Shown here piece by piece: positions 30,001-40,377 of a stretch of DNA of 64,000 nucleotides. A model generated the notes under the pieces. That model saw only the letters and a program-made list of their open reading frames with translations. It had not been told where the DNA came from and made no database searches. The stretch's first letter is position 1; each line of letters opens with the position of its first letter. This stretch comes from an uncultured Solibacteraceae bacterium (GTDB lineage Bacteria > Acidobacteriota > Terriglobia > Bryobacterales > Bryobacteraceae): contig CAZWTH010000231.1 of NCBI GenBank assembly GCA_964636715.1, forward strand, positions 70 through 64,069. The letters run 5' to 3'. Made by a program: the position numbers and the translations under genes.

Positions 30001-30306
30001 TGTCCGCTGTTCCTCATCAGCCTCAAGGCCGGCGGTCTGGGACTGAATCTGACCGCCGCCGATTATGTATTTCTGATGGACCCGTGGTGGAACCCCGCGG
30101 TCGAAGCGCAGGCGATCGACCGCGCGCATCGCATCGGCCAGTTACGGCGGGTTTCGGCCTACCGGCTGATCGCGCGGGGCACGGTGGAAGAGAAGGTGCT
30201 CGATCTGCAGAAGACAAAGCGGGATCTCGCGGCGGCAATCATTGGGGAGAGCAACAGCCTGATCCGGGATCTGAAGCGCGAAGATCTCGAACTGCTGCTC
30301 TCGTAG
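27001..30306 (+). CDS. SWIM zinc-finger + SNF2-family helicase
   Basis: SWIM CxCx(n)CxH ([18 protein letters not shown]). Helicase motifs [26 protein letters not shown] and [40 protein letters not shown]. The start codon is uncertain (GTG at 27001). Confidence 0.85.
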   Translation: MAFNRSIRFSDYSSSSPQSLPRKVSGYFTNGVRSRGLDYFAQGRVVITRGTPVAVEARVRGHRPYNVEISFENPTLSVDCECEYFDSSGACKHIWATLLAADQQMFLSEAATAADEIVFEDGGPMAATELHLKPPPSKRFDWRRHLDEISRPSVTKTSYPYEAPWPGKREIRYWVDVAASRANGEIVVNLQMQDRKQNGTFSRAVPLRMKRTQIAQASRGEDRNALAALAGARQYYSYSLSYEYDTVPESVRMGPDLARIALPLVVRTGQCFLQTGPARVPEEASPLRWDDGGVWQFRVELKPTAQGWGLSGFLSRGEERMDLSAPALITEGGFVFTGDSVAPLDPTAPFQWLVWLRSHGMLEAPESERDLLLSSLLTSPGVPSVELPKELAFEETHIAPHPRLRLRAPSAKTESAARLTARLSFDYEGHQVDERSQQSALFDAKTRRLVRRDPSAEAGAAAQLFEAGARRRTRVLSDPGDLWEVAPSKLPSVVRALTAAGWMVEADGKMFRAAGNYTLNVASGLDWFELEGNVDYGGHSAGLPALLRAVRRGESMIQLDDGSYGLIPEEWLARVAMVAGMGQVEDESIRFRRSQAGLLDALLAAQPEATFDAQFETVRAELRSFEGVNAMEQPAGFHGQLRDYQKEGLGWMEFLRRFSFGGCLADDMGTGKTAQVLALLESRRAERKKSRQKVRPSLVVAPRSLIFNWREEAARFTPLLSILDYTGPQRDLNAIGHFDVVLTTYGTLRRDIAQLREIEFDYAVLDEAQAVKNSGSEGAKAVRLIHASHRLALSGTPVENHLGELWSLFEFLNPGMLGSASVFRLVGGAARNPDEESRHVLAQAVRPFILRRTKAQVARELPERTEQTIYCELGQEQRALYDELRDHYRGALLTRIDKQGLAKSKIMVLEALLRLRQAACHPGLIDADRKEEQSAKLEALIGQLQEVLESGHKALVFSQFTSLLAIVRKRLDELGLVYEYLDGKTRDRQARVERFQNDPACPLFLISLKAGGLGLNLTAADYVFLMDPWWNPAVEAQAIDRAHRIGQLRRVSAYRLIARGTVEEKVLDLQKTKRDLAAAIIGESNSLIRDLKREDLELLLS

Positions 30307-30312
30307 GAGACC

Positions 30313-32130
30313 TCAGGCCGGAACAGCCGCGGCTGCGCGGTTCTCCGCCAGCTTCCACGTGAAAGCGAAGCGTGCGCCGTTTTCTCCGTCTACCGTCAGC
30401 TTCGCGCCGAGTTGCCGGATCAGCGTGCTCACCACCTGATGTCCGAGCGTGTTGCTCTGCGACATGCTGAAGTTTGCTGGCAGGCCCGGGCCATCGTCGG
30501 CAACGCAGAGCGAAATGTCGCCCTCTTCGCCGCTGGTGAGCGAAATGCGAATCGTCCCCTCTCTGCCATCGTTGAATGCGTGTTTGAGGGCGTTCGAAAT
30601 CAGTTCATTCAGAATAAGCCCGCAGGGAATGGATTGGTCCAGGCTGAGATTGATCGGCTCCACGCTCATTTCGAGATGAATGCGCACCGGATCGACGCAG
30701 TACGCCGCGAATAGTTTGCTGGCCAGAACTTCGATATAAGCGCCGAAATTCAGGTCGGCAAGCGTGTCGGATTGATAGATGAGTTCGTGAATCAGCGACA
30801 TCGAGAGCACGCGGCTGTGGGCATCGTTCAGAGGCCGCTGGGCGTCTTCCGCGGCGCAGGAAATCTGCATGGAAAGCAGGCTGCAGATGACCTGAAGATT
30901 GTTCTTGACGCGGTGGTGAACTTCTTTCAGGAGCGCTGTCTTTTCCGTCAGCGACCGCCGGATTTCGGCGGTGCGGCGATCCAGCCGTTCTTCGAGCAGC
31001 TTGCGGTCGGTGACGTCGCGCGCGATTGCCTCGATGGCGGTCAGGTTGCCCTGCGCATCGCGAACCGGCATCGAGCGCTGTTCCAGCCAGACGATGTGCC
31101 CCAGACGATGGGTACACCGCATTCGCACAACTCCGCCGTTAGCGCGTTGCCCGCTGAGCACCGCGTCCAGATGCGCGAGATCGTCGGTGTGGATCATGCG
31201 GAAGATGAGCTGGCGGTCCGCGTAAAATTCGTCGGGGGTATAGCCGGTAGAGGCCGTTACCGCGCGATTGACATAGGCCAGACGCGGCGCAGGGTCGAAA
31301 TCGTAGCGGAAGATAATATCCGGCGCGTTCTCGGTGAGCCGCCGGTACTGCTGGTCGGCCGCGCGCACTTTTTCGATGAGCGATGTCGCCTCCAGCGCGG
31401 AAGCGGCGGCGCTCGCGAGAATTCGCAGCGCCTTCATCTGGCCGTTCGAAACCGGCCGGCGCGGGTTCTCGAAATGGAAATTCAGGAAACCGACGAGATA
31501 GCCCCCCACCTGCATCGGAACGGACAGATCGCAGGGCTCCGCAACCGCGTCCGCTGCGCCGTGCGCCAGTTGGACGGCTGCGGCGCGCACGCCGTTCTGC
31601 GCGGCCGCGGCTTCGTTCACCTTTCGAAGCACGGCGTCGAAATCGAGCGTGGTGCTCATGGTCTTGCTGAGTTCGTACATCCCCACAGCCTGCTGGAGCT
31701 CGATGTTTTCGGTGCGGACTCGGCGTACCGCGAGCGACCGGGCCAGAACCGGCAGCACGGTGCTTAAGCGAAATGGCTTGAGAATATAGTCGAGCGCTCC
31801 GGTCTGCATCGCCTGCACGGCCGTATCGAGCGTGCCGTGCCCGGTCATCACGATGGCGGCGAGCGTGGGATCGATGGCCAGCGCCTCCCGGAGAAAGGCA
31901 ATCCCGTCCATCTCCGGCATCATGAGGTCGGTGAGAACCAGATCGAATGGATTCGCGCGCAGCGCCTCGAGCGCGCGTGCGGGAGAGGTGAATCCCGTGA
32001 TGCGGTAGCCCTCGGCTTCGAGCGTATCCTGAAGCGCTCTGGTGTGCGCGGCCTCATCGTCCACGATGAGCAGGGAAGCAATCGGTTCAGCCGGCATAGG
32101 CGGAATCACGGACAACTCAGTTCTGGACAA
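30313..32130 (-). CDS. Response-regulator receiver + PAS + HisKA_2-type histidine kinase
   Basis: Receiver (LLIVDDE ... [14 protein letters not shown]), PAS region and H-box HHRVKNNLQ (HisKA_2/HWE type). C-terminal ATPase with DDGPGLP. Confidence 0.8.
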   Translation of the reverse strand: MSRTELSVIPPMPAEPIASLLIVDDEAAHTRALQDTLEAEGYRITGFTSPARALEALRANPFDLVLTDLMMPEMDGIAFLREALAIDPTLAAIVMTGHGTLDTAVQAMQTGALDYILKPFRLSTVLPVLARSLAVRRVRTENIELQQAVGMYELSKTMSTTLDFDAVLRKVNEAAAAQNGVRAAAVQLAHGAADAVAEPCDLSVPMQVGGYLVGFLNFHFENPRRPVSNGQMKALRILASAAASALEATSLIEKVRAADQQYRRLTENAPDIIFRYDFDPAPRLAYVNRAVTASTGYTPDEFYADRQLIFRMIHTDDLAHLDAVLSGQRANGGVVRMRCTHRLGHIVWLEQRSMPVRDAQGNLTAIEAIARDVTDRKLLEERLDRRTAEIRRSLTEKTALLKEVHHRVKNNLQVICSLLSMQISCAAEDAQRPLNDAHSRVLSMSLIHELIYQSDTLADLNFGAYIEVLASKLFAAYCVDPVRIHLEMSVEPINLSLDQSIPCGLILNELISNALKHAFNDGREGTIRISLTSGEEGDISLCVADDGPGLPANFSMSQSNTLGHQVVSTLIRQLGAKLTVDGENGARFAFTWKLAENRAAAAVPA

Positions 32131-34288
32131 CTGGCACCAGTTCCGCGAGCGCCGAGCGAAGCTGGTGAAGCTTGGGCGGCTTGTTCAGGACGCGGTCGAC
32201 GTTTTCGGGAATTTCCTCATCCTCCACCAGGCGCTGCCCCCAGCCGGTGAGAAGGATGACCGGCGTTTCCTGGCATGCCGCCTTCACGGCGTTGGCCACT
32301 TTCCGCCCGTCCACGTAAGGCATGCCGAGATCCGTAATGACGGCCGCAAAGCGCTCTTTGCGCGTCACGCTGGCTTTCAGAATGTCTATGCCCTCCTGCC
32401 CGCCTGTGGCCGTGGTGACCGCGTGCCCGTCTTCCTCGAGGATGGCCTGCAGCGAGCGAATGATCAGCGGATCGTCATCCACCAGCAGAATGTGAAGCCG
32501 GGACAGCGGGACATAGGGCCGCGCGATGGCGGATGTGCCCGCCGATATCGGCGACGGTTTGAAAACCAGCCCAACCGTCGTGCCTTTTCCGGGGGTACTG
32601 TCAATCGAAAGTTCAGCGTTCTGGCGCTGGGCGACGCCGTAGACCATGGCGAGACCAAGTCCGGTGCCGCGCTCTCCCTTGGTCGTGAAAAACGGCTCCA
32701 GACACCGGCGGCGCGTTTCCGGGTCCATACCGACACCGGAATCCTCTACCTCCACGTGAATACGGTCAGGCGATGACGAGCTTCGGGTACGCAGCACCAG
32801 CGGGCCGCCGGAAGGCATCGCATCCACCGCGTTGAAAACCAGATTCGTCAGAGCTTCACGAATTTCGCTTTCGATACCGGGCGCCGGCGGGAGATTCGCC
32901 TCCAGCTCGGTACGCATGCGGATCACGATGCCGCGCTGAAGCGGGAGATCGCTCCAGTGGGAACGGGTCAGGTCCATCACCTGGGTCACCAGAGCGTTGA
33001 GGTCTACCGGGGAGAGCACCAGTTGCGGCTCGCGCTTCCGGCAGAACTCACGCATGCGCCCGACGGTGTGGGTGACGTCGCCGATGGCCCGCTGCGTCGT
33101 TTCCAGGTAGGATCGGGTCCGCGGGCTCAGATTCGGTTCGCGTTCGAGCAGCGATTCCGTATAAAGAGCCACGGGCGAAAGCGCGTTGTTAATGTCGTGC
33201 GCGATGCCGCTCGCCATTTGTCCCAGCACGCGCAGGCGTTCCTGCTCCATGACGGCCTGCTGGGTGCGGCGAAGATCCTCATAAGCCTGTTGCAGCGCGG
33301 TATACATCTGCGATTGGTGGGCGGCCACGGCCACGTGTTCGCTGAGTTGGCGAAGAAACTCGCAGTCGCCGCTGCTGAAGGCTTCGGGTTGCTTTCGGGC
33401 GGCCACCAGGATCCCGAAGATCTTGCTCTCCGATCGCAACGGGGCTGCGACGACGCAGGCGAGCCCGCCCTGCGCCAGGCGCCGCGGAAACGGCAGGTCC
33501 ATTTCGCGGATATCGGGCTCGTAGACCAGTTGTCCGTTGATGCACCGCACAAGGCCGTTCTGATCCACGGGAATCCGCGATTGCTCCGTCAGCGCAAGAT
33601 CGAGCGCCAGGCTGTAGCTCCGCACTCCCACACAGGTGACCGTCAGCATTTCCGCCTCCGGGTCGTAGAGGCACACACAGCCGAAATCGATCGGCATGCT
33701 GTCTTCCAGCGTCCGGATCACCACCTGGAAAATGCTGCTGAGATCCTGACGTTCTCCGATCGCGCGGGTGATGTGGTCGAGCAGACTCATCCGCCCGAGC
33801 TGCTTCTGGAGTTTTTCCTCGGAATCTTTGCGCCGCAGCACCTCGGCCCATAATTCTTCAACCGCATGCGCGAGCTCTTCCCGGCTGCCCTGGGCGCTCT
33901 CGCCGAGCGCCGCATTCGCATCGGTGAGGGAATCGTTCGCGTCGGCAAGAACGTCCCGGGCGCGGCGCTGCATGTTGCCCACCCAGCTGATTGCCAGAGA
34001 GACCAGCAGAAATACGCCCAGCCGCGTGTAATCCGCCAGAGTCAGCGTCAGGCCATGTCCGCCGGCCAGCGGAAGCCCCACCATCGTGATCAGACAGCCA
34101 ATCACCCCCGGCCAGACGCCGCCGAACCAGGCGGACGCGAACACCGCGATCAGGTAAAAGAACGGATACGGAAAATCGAAGCCCTTTGGCAGCGCGCTCA
34201 TGACCGCGAATTGCGTCGCCAGCGCGGCGGCGATAGCGCCGAATGGCATGGAATAGCGAATGAATTTCGATAGTCTCGGTTGCGGCAT
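32117..34288 (-). CDS. Hybrid sensor histidine kinase (membrane DUF4118-like + GAF + HisKA + HATPase + receiver)
   Basis: ATG at 34288 ([13 protein letters not shown]...), 2 nt after the receptor stop. TM region, GAF, H-box [22 protein letters not shown] and receiver HILLVDDD ... [11 protein letters not shown]. The upstream extension in the ORF track (to 34942) overlaps the receptor gene and is rejected. Confidence 0.8.
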   Translation of the reverse strand: MPQPRLSKFIRYSMPFGAIAAALATQFAVMSALPKGFDFPYPFFYLIAVFASAWFGGVWPGVIGCLITMVGLPLAGGHGLTLTLADYTRLGVFLLVSLAISWVGNMQRRARDVLADANDSLTDANAALGESAQGSREELAHAVEELWAEVLRRKDSEEKLQKQLGRMSLLDHITRAIGERQDLSSIFQVVIRTLEDSMPIDFGCVCLYDPEAEMLTVTCVGVRSYSLALDLALTEQSRIPVDQNGLVRCINGQLVYEPDIREMDLPFPRRLAQGGLACVVAAPLRSESKIFGILVAARKQPEAFSSGDCEFLRQLSEHVAVAAHQSQMYTALQQAYEDLRRTQQAVMEQERLRVLGQMASGIAHDINNALSPVALYTESLLEREPNLSPRTRSYLETTQRAIGDVTHTVGRMREFCRKREPQLVLSPVDLNALVTQVMDLTRSHWSDLPLQRGIVIRMRTELEANLPPAPGIESEIREALTNLVFNAVDAMPSGGPLVLRTRSSSSPDRIHVEVEDSGVGMDPETRRRCLEPFFTTKGERGTGLGLAMVYGVAQRQNAELSIDSTPGKGTTVGLVFKPSPISAGTSAIARPYVPLSRLHILLVDDDPLIIRSLQAILEEDGHAVTTATGGQEGIDILKASVTRKERFAAVITDLGMPYVDGRKVANAVKAACQETPVILLTGWGQRLVEDEEIPENVDRVLNKPPKLHQLRSALAELVPVVQN

Positions 34289-34290
34289 GA

Positions 34291-37200
34291 TCAGAATTCG
34301 AAGCGCGCTCCCAACTGGATCTGGCGCGCGGGAGCGGAACTGGTAATCGCCCCCAATGCGGGTGAATCGATCGAGGCTTGCGGAAGCCCGAAGTTGGTAT
34401 GGTTCAAAGCGTTGAAAAACTCGCCCCGCAGTTGCAGCCGGCGCTTCGCTGCGTCCGGCGCGAGCGCGAACGAACGCGCAACGCCCAGATCGAGATTGAC
34501 GCTGCCGGGCCCGCGCAGAATATCGCGGCCGGCGTTGCCCCACGCCTGCGGCGATGGAATCGCGAATGCCCGCGTATCGAACCACTTCGCAATCGACCGC
34601 TGGGCTTCTGGCAGGGCCCCGCTCGCCAGCCGATTCGGACGGCAATTGTTGCCTTCCGCATTCACATCGGCGCAATTCATCAGGACGCTGAACGGAGGCC
34701 CGGTTTCGGCGGTCAGGATGCCGCTCAACTGCCACCCCGCGGTCACGGCGCGCAGCGGGCGCCATCCGGTATGGCGAAACGGAATCTCCCAGACCGCATT
34801 CGCCACCAGAACCTCGGAGCGGTCGAAGCTCGAAAGCCCCCGGTCCAGTGCGGGATGCAGCGGATCCTGCGGATACTGCCCGCCGGACGCCACGTTGTCG
34901 GTCCCGTTGCTCTGATCGTCCAGCGACTTCGACCAGGTCCATGAGCCAAGCATGTGGAACCCGTGCGTGAAGCGGCGCTCATAGCGGAGCTCGAGGCCGT
35001 GATAAATCGACTGCGCGGTATTCGAAAGCTCCCGGACTTCAGCGACCGCGGAGCCGTAGGGGCGGCGCGCCGCGGGAGCCGTTGCGCCCGGCTGCGCCGC
35101 GTTGATATTCGACGCCATCAGCAGGCGGTTGCCGGAGGCGCCCACGTACGAAATCGAAACCAGCGACGTCTTGCTCAGCGCCCGCTGAATTTCCAGACTC
35201 CACGTTCCGGAGAACGGATTGCGGCCATCGGGAACCAGGTACCGCTGATTGCCCGAAGGGGCCGTGACAGAAGGAGAAGCGAGCGGCGGCGGCCCCCCGC
35301 TGAGCCGCACCGTGGGGGAGGTAAACGGAAAAATCGTGGTATTGCCGACGTAGTAAAAAGGCGCGTTAAATTCGTTGGAGTTGAGAATGCCCGCGCCGCC
35401 ATAAGGGTCGGTGTAGCTGAGGCCGAAGCCCGCCCGCACCACGGTGCTTGCCGCGTTCCCCGGCGACCACGCCAGCCCGATCCGCGGCGCGACATCGCCG
35501 AAGTCCGTGCGTACCAGCCGTTCGTCCGCATCCTTCCCCGCGATTCGAATCGTGCCGGACGCCGGATCGAAATTCGAAAGCCGGTTATGCATCTCGCGCG
35601 GATACGGCATCACGTCGTAGCGAAGCCCCAGGTTGACCGTCAGCCGCGGCGTGAGCCGGATGTCATCCTGCGCGAAAAGACCGTATCGCCAGGAAAAAAG
35701 TCCGGCCATGCCAGGCGAGAACTGATCCTGCAGGATCTGATACGGAGCTCCGGTCAGAAAACTCGCATAGGCATTGCCGCCCGGCGTCCCCGTGAGCGTA
35801 CTCGTTGTGAGATTCAGGAACGTGTAGAACCCGCGGCCATAGACGAGATATCCCGTGCTGCCGAGGCCGCGCTGATAGTCGATGCCCGCCCGGAATACGT
35901 GCCGCCCGCGCGCCCATGTGATCTTTTCCGTCAGATTCTCGTCCGTCGTCGCCAGCGAGAGGGGCGTCAGCAGGCTGTCTCCCACATCGAAAAGCCCTGC
36001 CACCGAGAGATTCGCGAGCCCCGAAGTCTGCGGACTGGTGTTGATGCCGGGAATCCGGAATTGCGCCGAAAGGTTCTGGCCGTAATCCTCCTGCGTCAGA
36101 AACGTCGTCTGCCGGTTGATTCCGATACGCAACTCATGAAAGAGCGAAGGCGAGAACTGATAGATATTTCCAAGCGCCACATTCTGCAGACGCGCCCGCG
36201 TGATTCCTGCGCCCAGCAGCGACCCGCCGAGAGGCGGCCCGAACAACGAGGGCACATTGGCATCCGTGTTCTGAAAGGAATACCGCACAAAGACCGAATT
36301 CGCCTGGGTGAACTGATGGTCAATGCGCGTATCGAACGACTGAACCGTGGAGGTGCTGACCCGCGTCACCGCATAGTTGTTGAAGGCCAGCGGTTGACCC
36401 GGCCCGCTGAACTGATTGGGAAGCGGCAACGCCTTGCTGATCGCCGCCGCCGCCGGATCGATCATGCTGGGCGGAATCACGTTCCCGGGAAAGGGGGAAC
36501 GCGCCGGAAATGCGCTCAAGGGATCGTAGATGGGCGCGGTCTGCGCTGAAAAATCGCCGCCCCGCTGCCCCTCTGTTGGCAGACTGGTGACCATCGGAGC
36601 CGAATTGTGGACCGGCGTCGCCTGGTAATCGGCGAAAAACAGAGTCCGGCCCCGCCGCAGCGGCCCGCCCAGCGAACCTCCGAACTGGTTGTAACGCAGC
36701 GGGTTTCGCGCCTGCCCGGTGGCGTTCGAAAAGAAATCGGCTGCGTCCAGCCGGTCGTTGCGCACGAATTCGAACAGCGATCCATGCCAGTCGTTTGTCC
36801 CCGATTTCGATTGCAGATTGATGACGGCGCCCGCCACATCCCCAAATTCCGCCGAATAGGCGCCCGATTGCACGGAAAACTCCTGCACCGCCTCGATCGG
36901 GATATTGAAACTGTTTCCCCGGCCCTGCGCCGAGGAGGTTACCGAAATCCCATCCGCCAGAAAGAGGTTGCCCTTGGTGCGCTGCCCGTAGACATTGACC
37001 GGATGCGGCGAACCGCTCTCGCCGGGCGCGCCGGGGTTCACGCCCCCGCTCAGCAGAATCAATTGCTGCCAGGCCCGGCCGTTCAGGGGCATCTCCGCTA
37101 CCTGCTTCGCGCCGATCACCTGCGAAAGTTCCGCGCTCTCCACTCCCAGCATCTGCCCGGCCGCGGCCTCTACCTGCATCGATTCGCTCTGTTCCCCCAC

Positions 37201-37527
37201 CTGCAGCCCAAAATCCACCCGGACTGTCTGATTCACATCGAGCTGAACGGGTCCCGCCACCTCCGTCTGGAAGCCAGTCCGTTCCGCGCGCAGCGTCCAC
37301 ATCCCCGGAATCAGATCGGAGGAAACGTATAAACCCTGCCCGTTCGATTCCGCCGTTACGGTCAGACCGGTCGCCGCCGAATGAAATTCGACCCGGGCAT
37401 GCGGAATCACCGCCCCGGTCACATCGCGAATTTCGCCGCGGAACACTCCGCCCGTAGTCTGCGCCACCGCCGCGGCGGCCAGCAGGCCGGCCGCCGCCAG
37501 ACGGAAGGGAATGACCAGGCGACACAT
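34291..37527 (-). CDS. TonB-dependent receptor with N-terminal carboxypeptidase-regulatory-like domain
   Basis: Signal peptide from ATG 37527 (MCRLVIPFRLAAAGLLAAAAVAQ). CarboxypepD_reg-like GVFRGEIRDVTGAVIPHARVEF, plug region and C-terminal ...QIQLGARFEF. Confidence 0.8.
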   Translation of the reverse strand: MCRLVIPFRLAAAGLLAAAAVAQTTGGVFRGEIRDVTGAVIPHARVEFHSAATGLTVTAESNGQGLYVSSDLIPGMWTLRAERTGFQTEVAGPVQLDVNQTVRVDFGLQVGEQSESMQVEAAAGQMLGVESAELSQVIGAKQVAEMPLNGRAWQQLILLSGGVNPGAPGESGSPHPVNVYGQRTKGNLFLADGISVTSSAQGRGNSFNIPIEAVQEFSVQSGAYSAEFGDVAGAVINLQSKSGTNDWHGSLFEFVRNDRLDAADFFSNATGQARNPLRYNQFGGSLGGPLRRGRTLFFADYQATPVHNSAPMVTSLPTEGQRGGDFSAQTAPIYDPLSAFPARSPFPGNVIPPSMIDPAAAAISKALPLPNQFSGPGQPLAFNNYAVTRVSTSTVQSFDTRIDHQFTQANSVFVRYSFQNTDANVPSLFGPPLGGSLLGAGITRARLQNVALGNIYQFSPSLFHELRIGINRQTTFLTQEDYGQNLSAQFRIPGINTSPQTSGLANLSVAGLFDVGDSLLTPLSLATTDENLTEKITWARGRHVFRAGIDYQRGLGSTGYLVYGRGFYTFLNLTTSTLTGTPGGNAYASFLTGAPYQILQDQFSPGMAGLFSWRYGLFAQDDIRLTPRLTVNLGLRYDVMPYPREMHNRLSNFDPASGTIRIAGKDADERLVRTDFGDVAPRIGLAWSPGNAASTVVRAGFGLSYTDPYGGAGILNSNEFNAPFYYVGNTTIFPFTSPTVRLSGGPPPLASPSVTAPSGNQRYLVPDGRNPFSGTWSLEIQRALSKTSLVSISYVGASGNRLLMASNINAAQPGATAPAARRPYGSAVAEVRELSNTAQSIYHGLELRYERRFTHGFHMLGSWTWSKSLDDQSNGTDNVASGGQYPQDPLHPALDRGLSSFDRSEVLVANAVWEIPFRHTGWRPLRAVTAGWQLSGILTAETGPPFSVLMNCADVNAEGNNCRPNRLASGALPEAQRSIAKWFDTRAFAIPSPQAWGNAGRDILRGPGSVNLDLGVARSFALAPDAAKRRLQLRGEFFNALNHTNFGLPQASIDSPALGAITSSAPARQIQLGARFEF

Positions 37528-37704
37528 GCGGTACTCGTCCGAATTGCGCACCCCCGGCAGGTTGCCGGGAGTGCGGCTAATAGCTCTATCGGCGTTCCGC
37601 ACGGACAACTTTAGTCGCGCAAACAAGACCAGGTAAAATATCAGTATTCAGCCCGGAAGCAGTGGTAATATGACGTATAACCCTTCCGGTACTTCGGCGA
37701 TAGA

Positions 37705-39729
37705 ATGTCCGATAATCCTCTTCTTTCCATTGAATTTGAGGTCCCTTTCGACCAGGTGCGCCCCGAGCACGTCGTTCCGGGAATCCGGCAGCTTCTCGCG
37801 GATTCTCAGGCGCGCATTGACGCCATCGCGGCGGACGAATCGGAGAGAACCTTCGCCAACACTATGCTGGCGCTCGAACAGGCGACCGAGCCCCTCGGCT
37901 ACGCCATGGGTATTGTGCGCCATCTGGAAGCAGTGGCTACATCGCCCGCCCTGCGCGCCGCCTGGAACGAAGTCGAACCAGCAACCAGCGAATTCTTCTC
38001 CCGCATTCCTCTCCACGAAGGCCTCTGGAAGCAACTGCGCCGTTACGCCGAAACGAACGAAGCCAAATCGCTCACCGGGACGAAGAAGCGCTTCCTGACC
38101 AAGACGCTCGATTCCTTCCGCCGCAGCGGCGCGGAGCTGGACGCGGCCGGCAAGAACCGCCTCGCCGAAATCGACGTGGAATTGGCGAAATGCACGACAA
38201 AATTCGCCGAAAATGTTTTGGATTCCACCAACTCATTTGAGCTGATTATCACGGACGAGTCGAAGCTCGAAGGCCTTCCCCCCAGCGCCCTCGCGGCGGC
38301 GCGCCAGAGCGCGGAGTCGAAAGGTCAGGCCGGCTGGAGGTTCACCCTCCAGGCGCCCAGCTATATCGCGGCTATCACTTATCTGGCGGATGCCGGCATC
38401 CGCGAACAGCTTTATCGCGCCCACATCGCGCGGGCCACGGAAGGCGAGCGCGACAATCGCCCCCTGATCGGCCGGGCTCTCGAACTACGTCGCGCGAAAG
38501 CTACCCTGCTGGGTTTCGGCGACTTCGCCGATTTTGTCATCTACGACCGCATGGCCCACACCGGCGCGCGCGCCCAGGAATTCCTCGGCGATCTCGAGGC
38601 CCGCACCCAGCCCGCCTTCGAACGCGAGAACGCCGCGCTCGAAGCTTTCGCCGGCCGCCGTCTGGAGCCCTGGGATATCGGTTACTACGCCGAGCTCCAG
38701 CGTCGCAAACTCTACGATTTCGACGAAGAGCAATTGCGCCCCTACTTCCCCGCCAAACGCGTGGTGAGCGGGATGTTCGGGATCGTCGAAAAGCTTTACG
38801 GCATCCAGGTGAAACGGCGCGAGGGCGTGCCGGTGTGGCATCCCGACGTCCGCTATTACGAAGTGCGCGACGCCGGCGGTCTCCTGCTTGGCGCCTTTTA
38901 CGCCGACTGGTTCCCGCGCGAAACCAAGCGCGATGGCGCCTGGATGGACGGGTTCATCACCGGCGTGGATGCGCCGGATCGCTTCGAGCCGCACGTTGGG
39001 TGCGTTTGCGGGAATCTGACCCCGCCCCTCGGCGACAAGCCGGCTCTGCTCACGCACCGCGAAGTCGAAACGATTTTCCATGAGTTCGGGCACCTGCTGC
39101 ATCACGTGCTGAGCCGCGTGGAAGTGAAGAGTCTGGCGGGCACGTCCGTCGCCTGGGATTTCGTCGAACTGCCGAGCCAGATCATGGAGAACTGGTGCTG
39201 GGAGCGCGAAGCGCTCGATATGTTCGCGCGGCACTACCTCACGGACGATCCTATTCCCGAAGACCTGTTCCGCAAGATGGTGGCGGCGCGAACGTACCGG
39301 AGCGCCAACGGTCAGATGCGGCAGCTCGGCTTCGGCGTGGTCGATCTCAAACTGCACCGCGAATACGATCCGGCGCGCGATGGCGACGTGTGCCGCTATG
39401 CGCGCAATATTCTTCAGGAATTCAACCCGGCCGAACTCCCGCGGGACTACTCCATGATCGCGGCGTTTACTCATCTCTTCGCGAGCCCGGTGGGATACGG
39501 CGCGGGCTACTACTCTTACAAGTGGGCCGAGGTCCTCGACGCCGACGCCTTCTCGCGCTTCCGAGTGGAGGGCATCTTCAGCCGCGAAGCGGGCGGCGCT
39601 TTCCGGGAGACGATTCTTTCGAAGGGCGACAGCGACGATCCGGCCGAACTCTACCGCCGCTTCATGGGCCGCGATCCGGATCCGAACGCGCTGCTGGTGC
39701 GCTCCGGTCTGCTGCCGGCCGCATCCTGA
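37705..39729 (+). CDS. M3-family zinc oligopeptidase (oligopeptidase A / Dcp-like)
   Basis: HEFGHLLHH zinc motif, length and overall M3 architecture. Confidence 0.85.
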   Translation: MSDNPLLSIEFEVPFDQVRPEHVVPGIRQLLADSQARIDAIAADESERTFANTMLALEQATEPLGYAMGIVRHLEAVATSPALRAAWNEVEPATSEFFSRIPLHEGLWKQLRRYAETNEAKSLTGTKKRFLTKTLDSFRRSGAELDAAGKNRLAEIDVELAKCTTKFAENVLDSTNSFELIITDESKLEGLPPSALAAARQSAESKGQAGWRFTLQAPSYIAAITYLADAGIREQLYRAHIARATEGERDNRPLIGRALELRRAKATLLGFGDFADFVIYDRMAHTGARAQEFLGDLEARTQPAFERENAALEAFAGRRLEPWDIGYYAELQRRKLYDFDEEQLRPYFPAKRVVSGMFGIVEKLYGIQVKRREGVPVWHPDVRYYEVRDAGGLLLGAFYADWFPRETKRDGAWMDGFITGVDAPDRFEPHVGCVCGNLTPPLGDKPALLTHREVETIFHEFGHLLHHVLSRVEVKSLAGTSVAWDFVELPSQIMENWCWEREALDMFARHYLTDDPIPEDLFRKMVAARTYRSANGQMRQLGFGVVDLKLHREYDPARDGDVCRYARNILQEFNPAELPRDYSMIAAFTHLFASPVGYGAGYYSYKWAEVLDADAFSRFRVEGIFSREAGGAFRETILSKGDSDDPAELYRRFMGRDPDPNALLVRSGLLPAAS

Positions 39730-39752
39730 TTCATTGCTATCCTGAGGGTGCG

Positions 39753-40352
39753 ATGTTTCTGAAAATCCTGTCGCACCCGGTTTTCGCCAATCTCAACTTC
39801 CACATGCCGATGGTGGTGGATCTTTCGCATCCGCTGATCATGCTGACGGGCGATAACGGGTCGGGCAAGTCCACGCTTCTGCATTCGATTCAATATGCGC
39901 TGAAAGGCGAGCGAGCCGAAGGCTATATCTACCGGCTCGACCGCGGCGACGTCAAGCCCGGCAGCGTATTTCTCTTCGACGCCGAGCAGCATAATCCGCG
40001 CATGCAGCTCGAAGTGTTTCGCGACCAGCCGGAGATGCTGGAATTTCTGCAGCTGGCCAGTCACGGCCAGGTGATGCTCGCCATGTTCCGGACGAATTTT
40101 CCGTCGCTCGAATCGGGCACTACTCTGCTGCTCGATGAGCCGGAGATGGCGCTCTCGGTTTCCAACCAGCGCCGCATTCTCAAAATGCTGCACGAGCTGG
40201 TGGATCAGCGCGGCTTCCGTATCATCTGCGCGACGCATTCGCCGGTCCTGATCGAAGATCCGTCCACCTACGTGATCAACCTCGATAACCACATCAACCG
40301 CAACGTCCCGCTCGAATCGTTCGGGGTCGAAGGGGCCAGCACCATTCAGTAG
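39753..40352 (+). CDS. Minimal ABC/SMC-type (AAA_21-like) ATPase, 199 aa
   Basis: ATG at 39753 after GAGGG. Walker A GDNGSGKST, signature-like ASHGQ, Walker B LLLDEPE and H-loop ATHSP. No extra domain. The ORF-track start at 39195 overlaps the peptidase gene and is rejected. Confidence 0.7.
   Translation: MFLKILSHPVFANLNFHMPMVVDLSHPLIMLTGDNGSGKSTLLHSIQYALKGERAEGYIYRLDRGDVKPGSVFLFDAEQHNPRMQLEVFRDQPEMLEFLQLASHGQVMLAMFRTNFPSLESGTTLLLDEPEMALSVSNQRRILKMLHELVDQRGFRIICATHSPVLIEDPSTYVINLDNHINRNVPLESFGVEGASTIQ
40271..40352 (+). repeat. Direct repeat copy 1 (the functional 3' end of the ATPase gene, including its stop)
   Basis: 82 nt, cgtgatcaacctcgataaccacatcaaccg...accattcagtag, identical to 42017-42098 except G at 40334 versus C at 42080. 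Confidence 0.9.
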
Positions 40353-40377
40353 TGAGGACTGGTACGATACAAGTTCC

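Noticed and set aside
27001-30306. SNF2 helicase as the core of a DISARM/BREX/Zorya-like defence island.
   Set aside because: No methyltransferase, PLD, DUF1998, ZorA/B or other partner genes are adjacent. The composition looks native.
34289-34942. N-terminal extension of the hybrid kinase ORF (track start 34942).
   Set aside because: The extension overlaps the 3' end of the receptor gene in another frame and translates to Arg-rich junk. ATG at 34288 gives a sensible membrane N-terminus.
36320-37525. 401-aa same-strand alternative-frame ORF inside the TonB receptor gene.
   Set aside because: Gly/Arg-rich nonsense translation. The receptor frame has the plug, barrel and C-terminal signatures.
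39195-39752. N-terminal extension of the ATPase ORF (track start 39195).
   Set aside because: It overlaps the M3 peptidase coding region, and its translation is Arg/Gly/Pro-rich. ATG 39753 follows the peptidase stop and a GAGGG ribosome-binding site.
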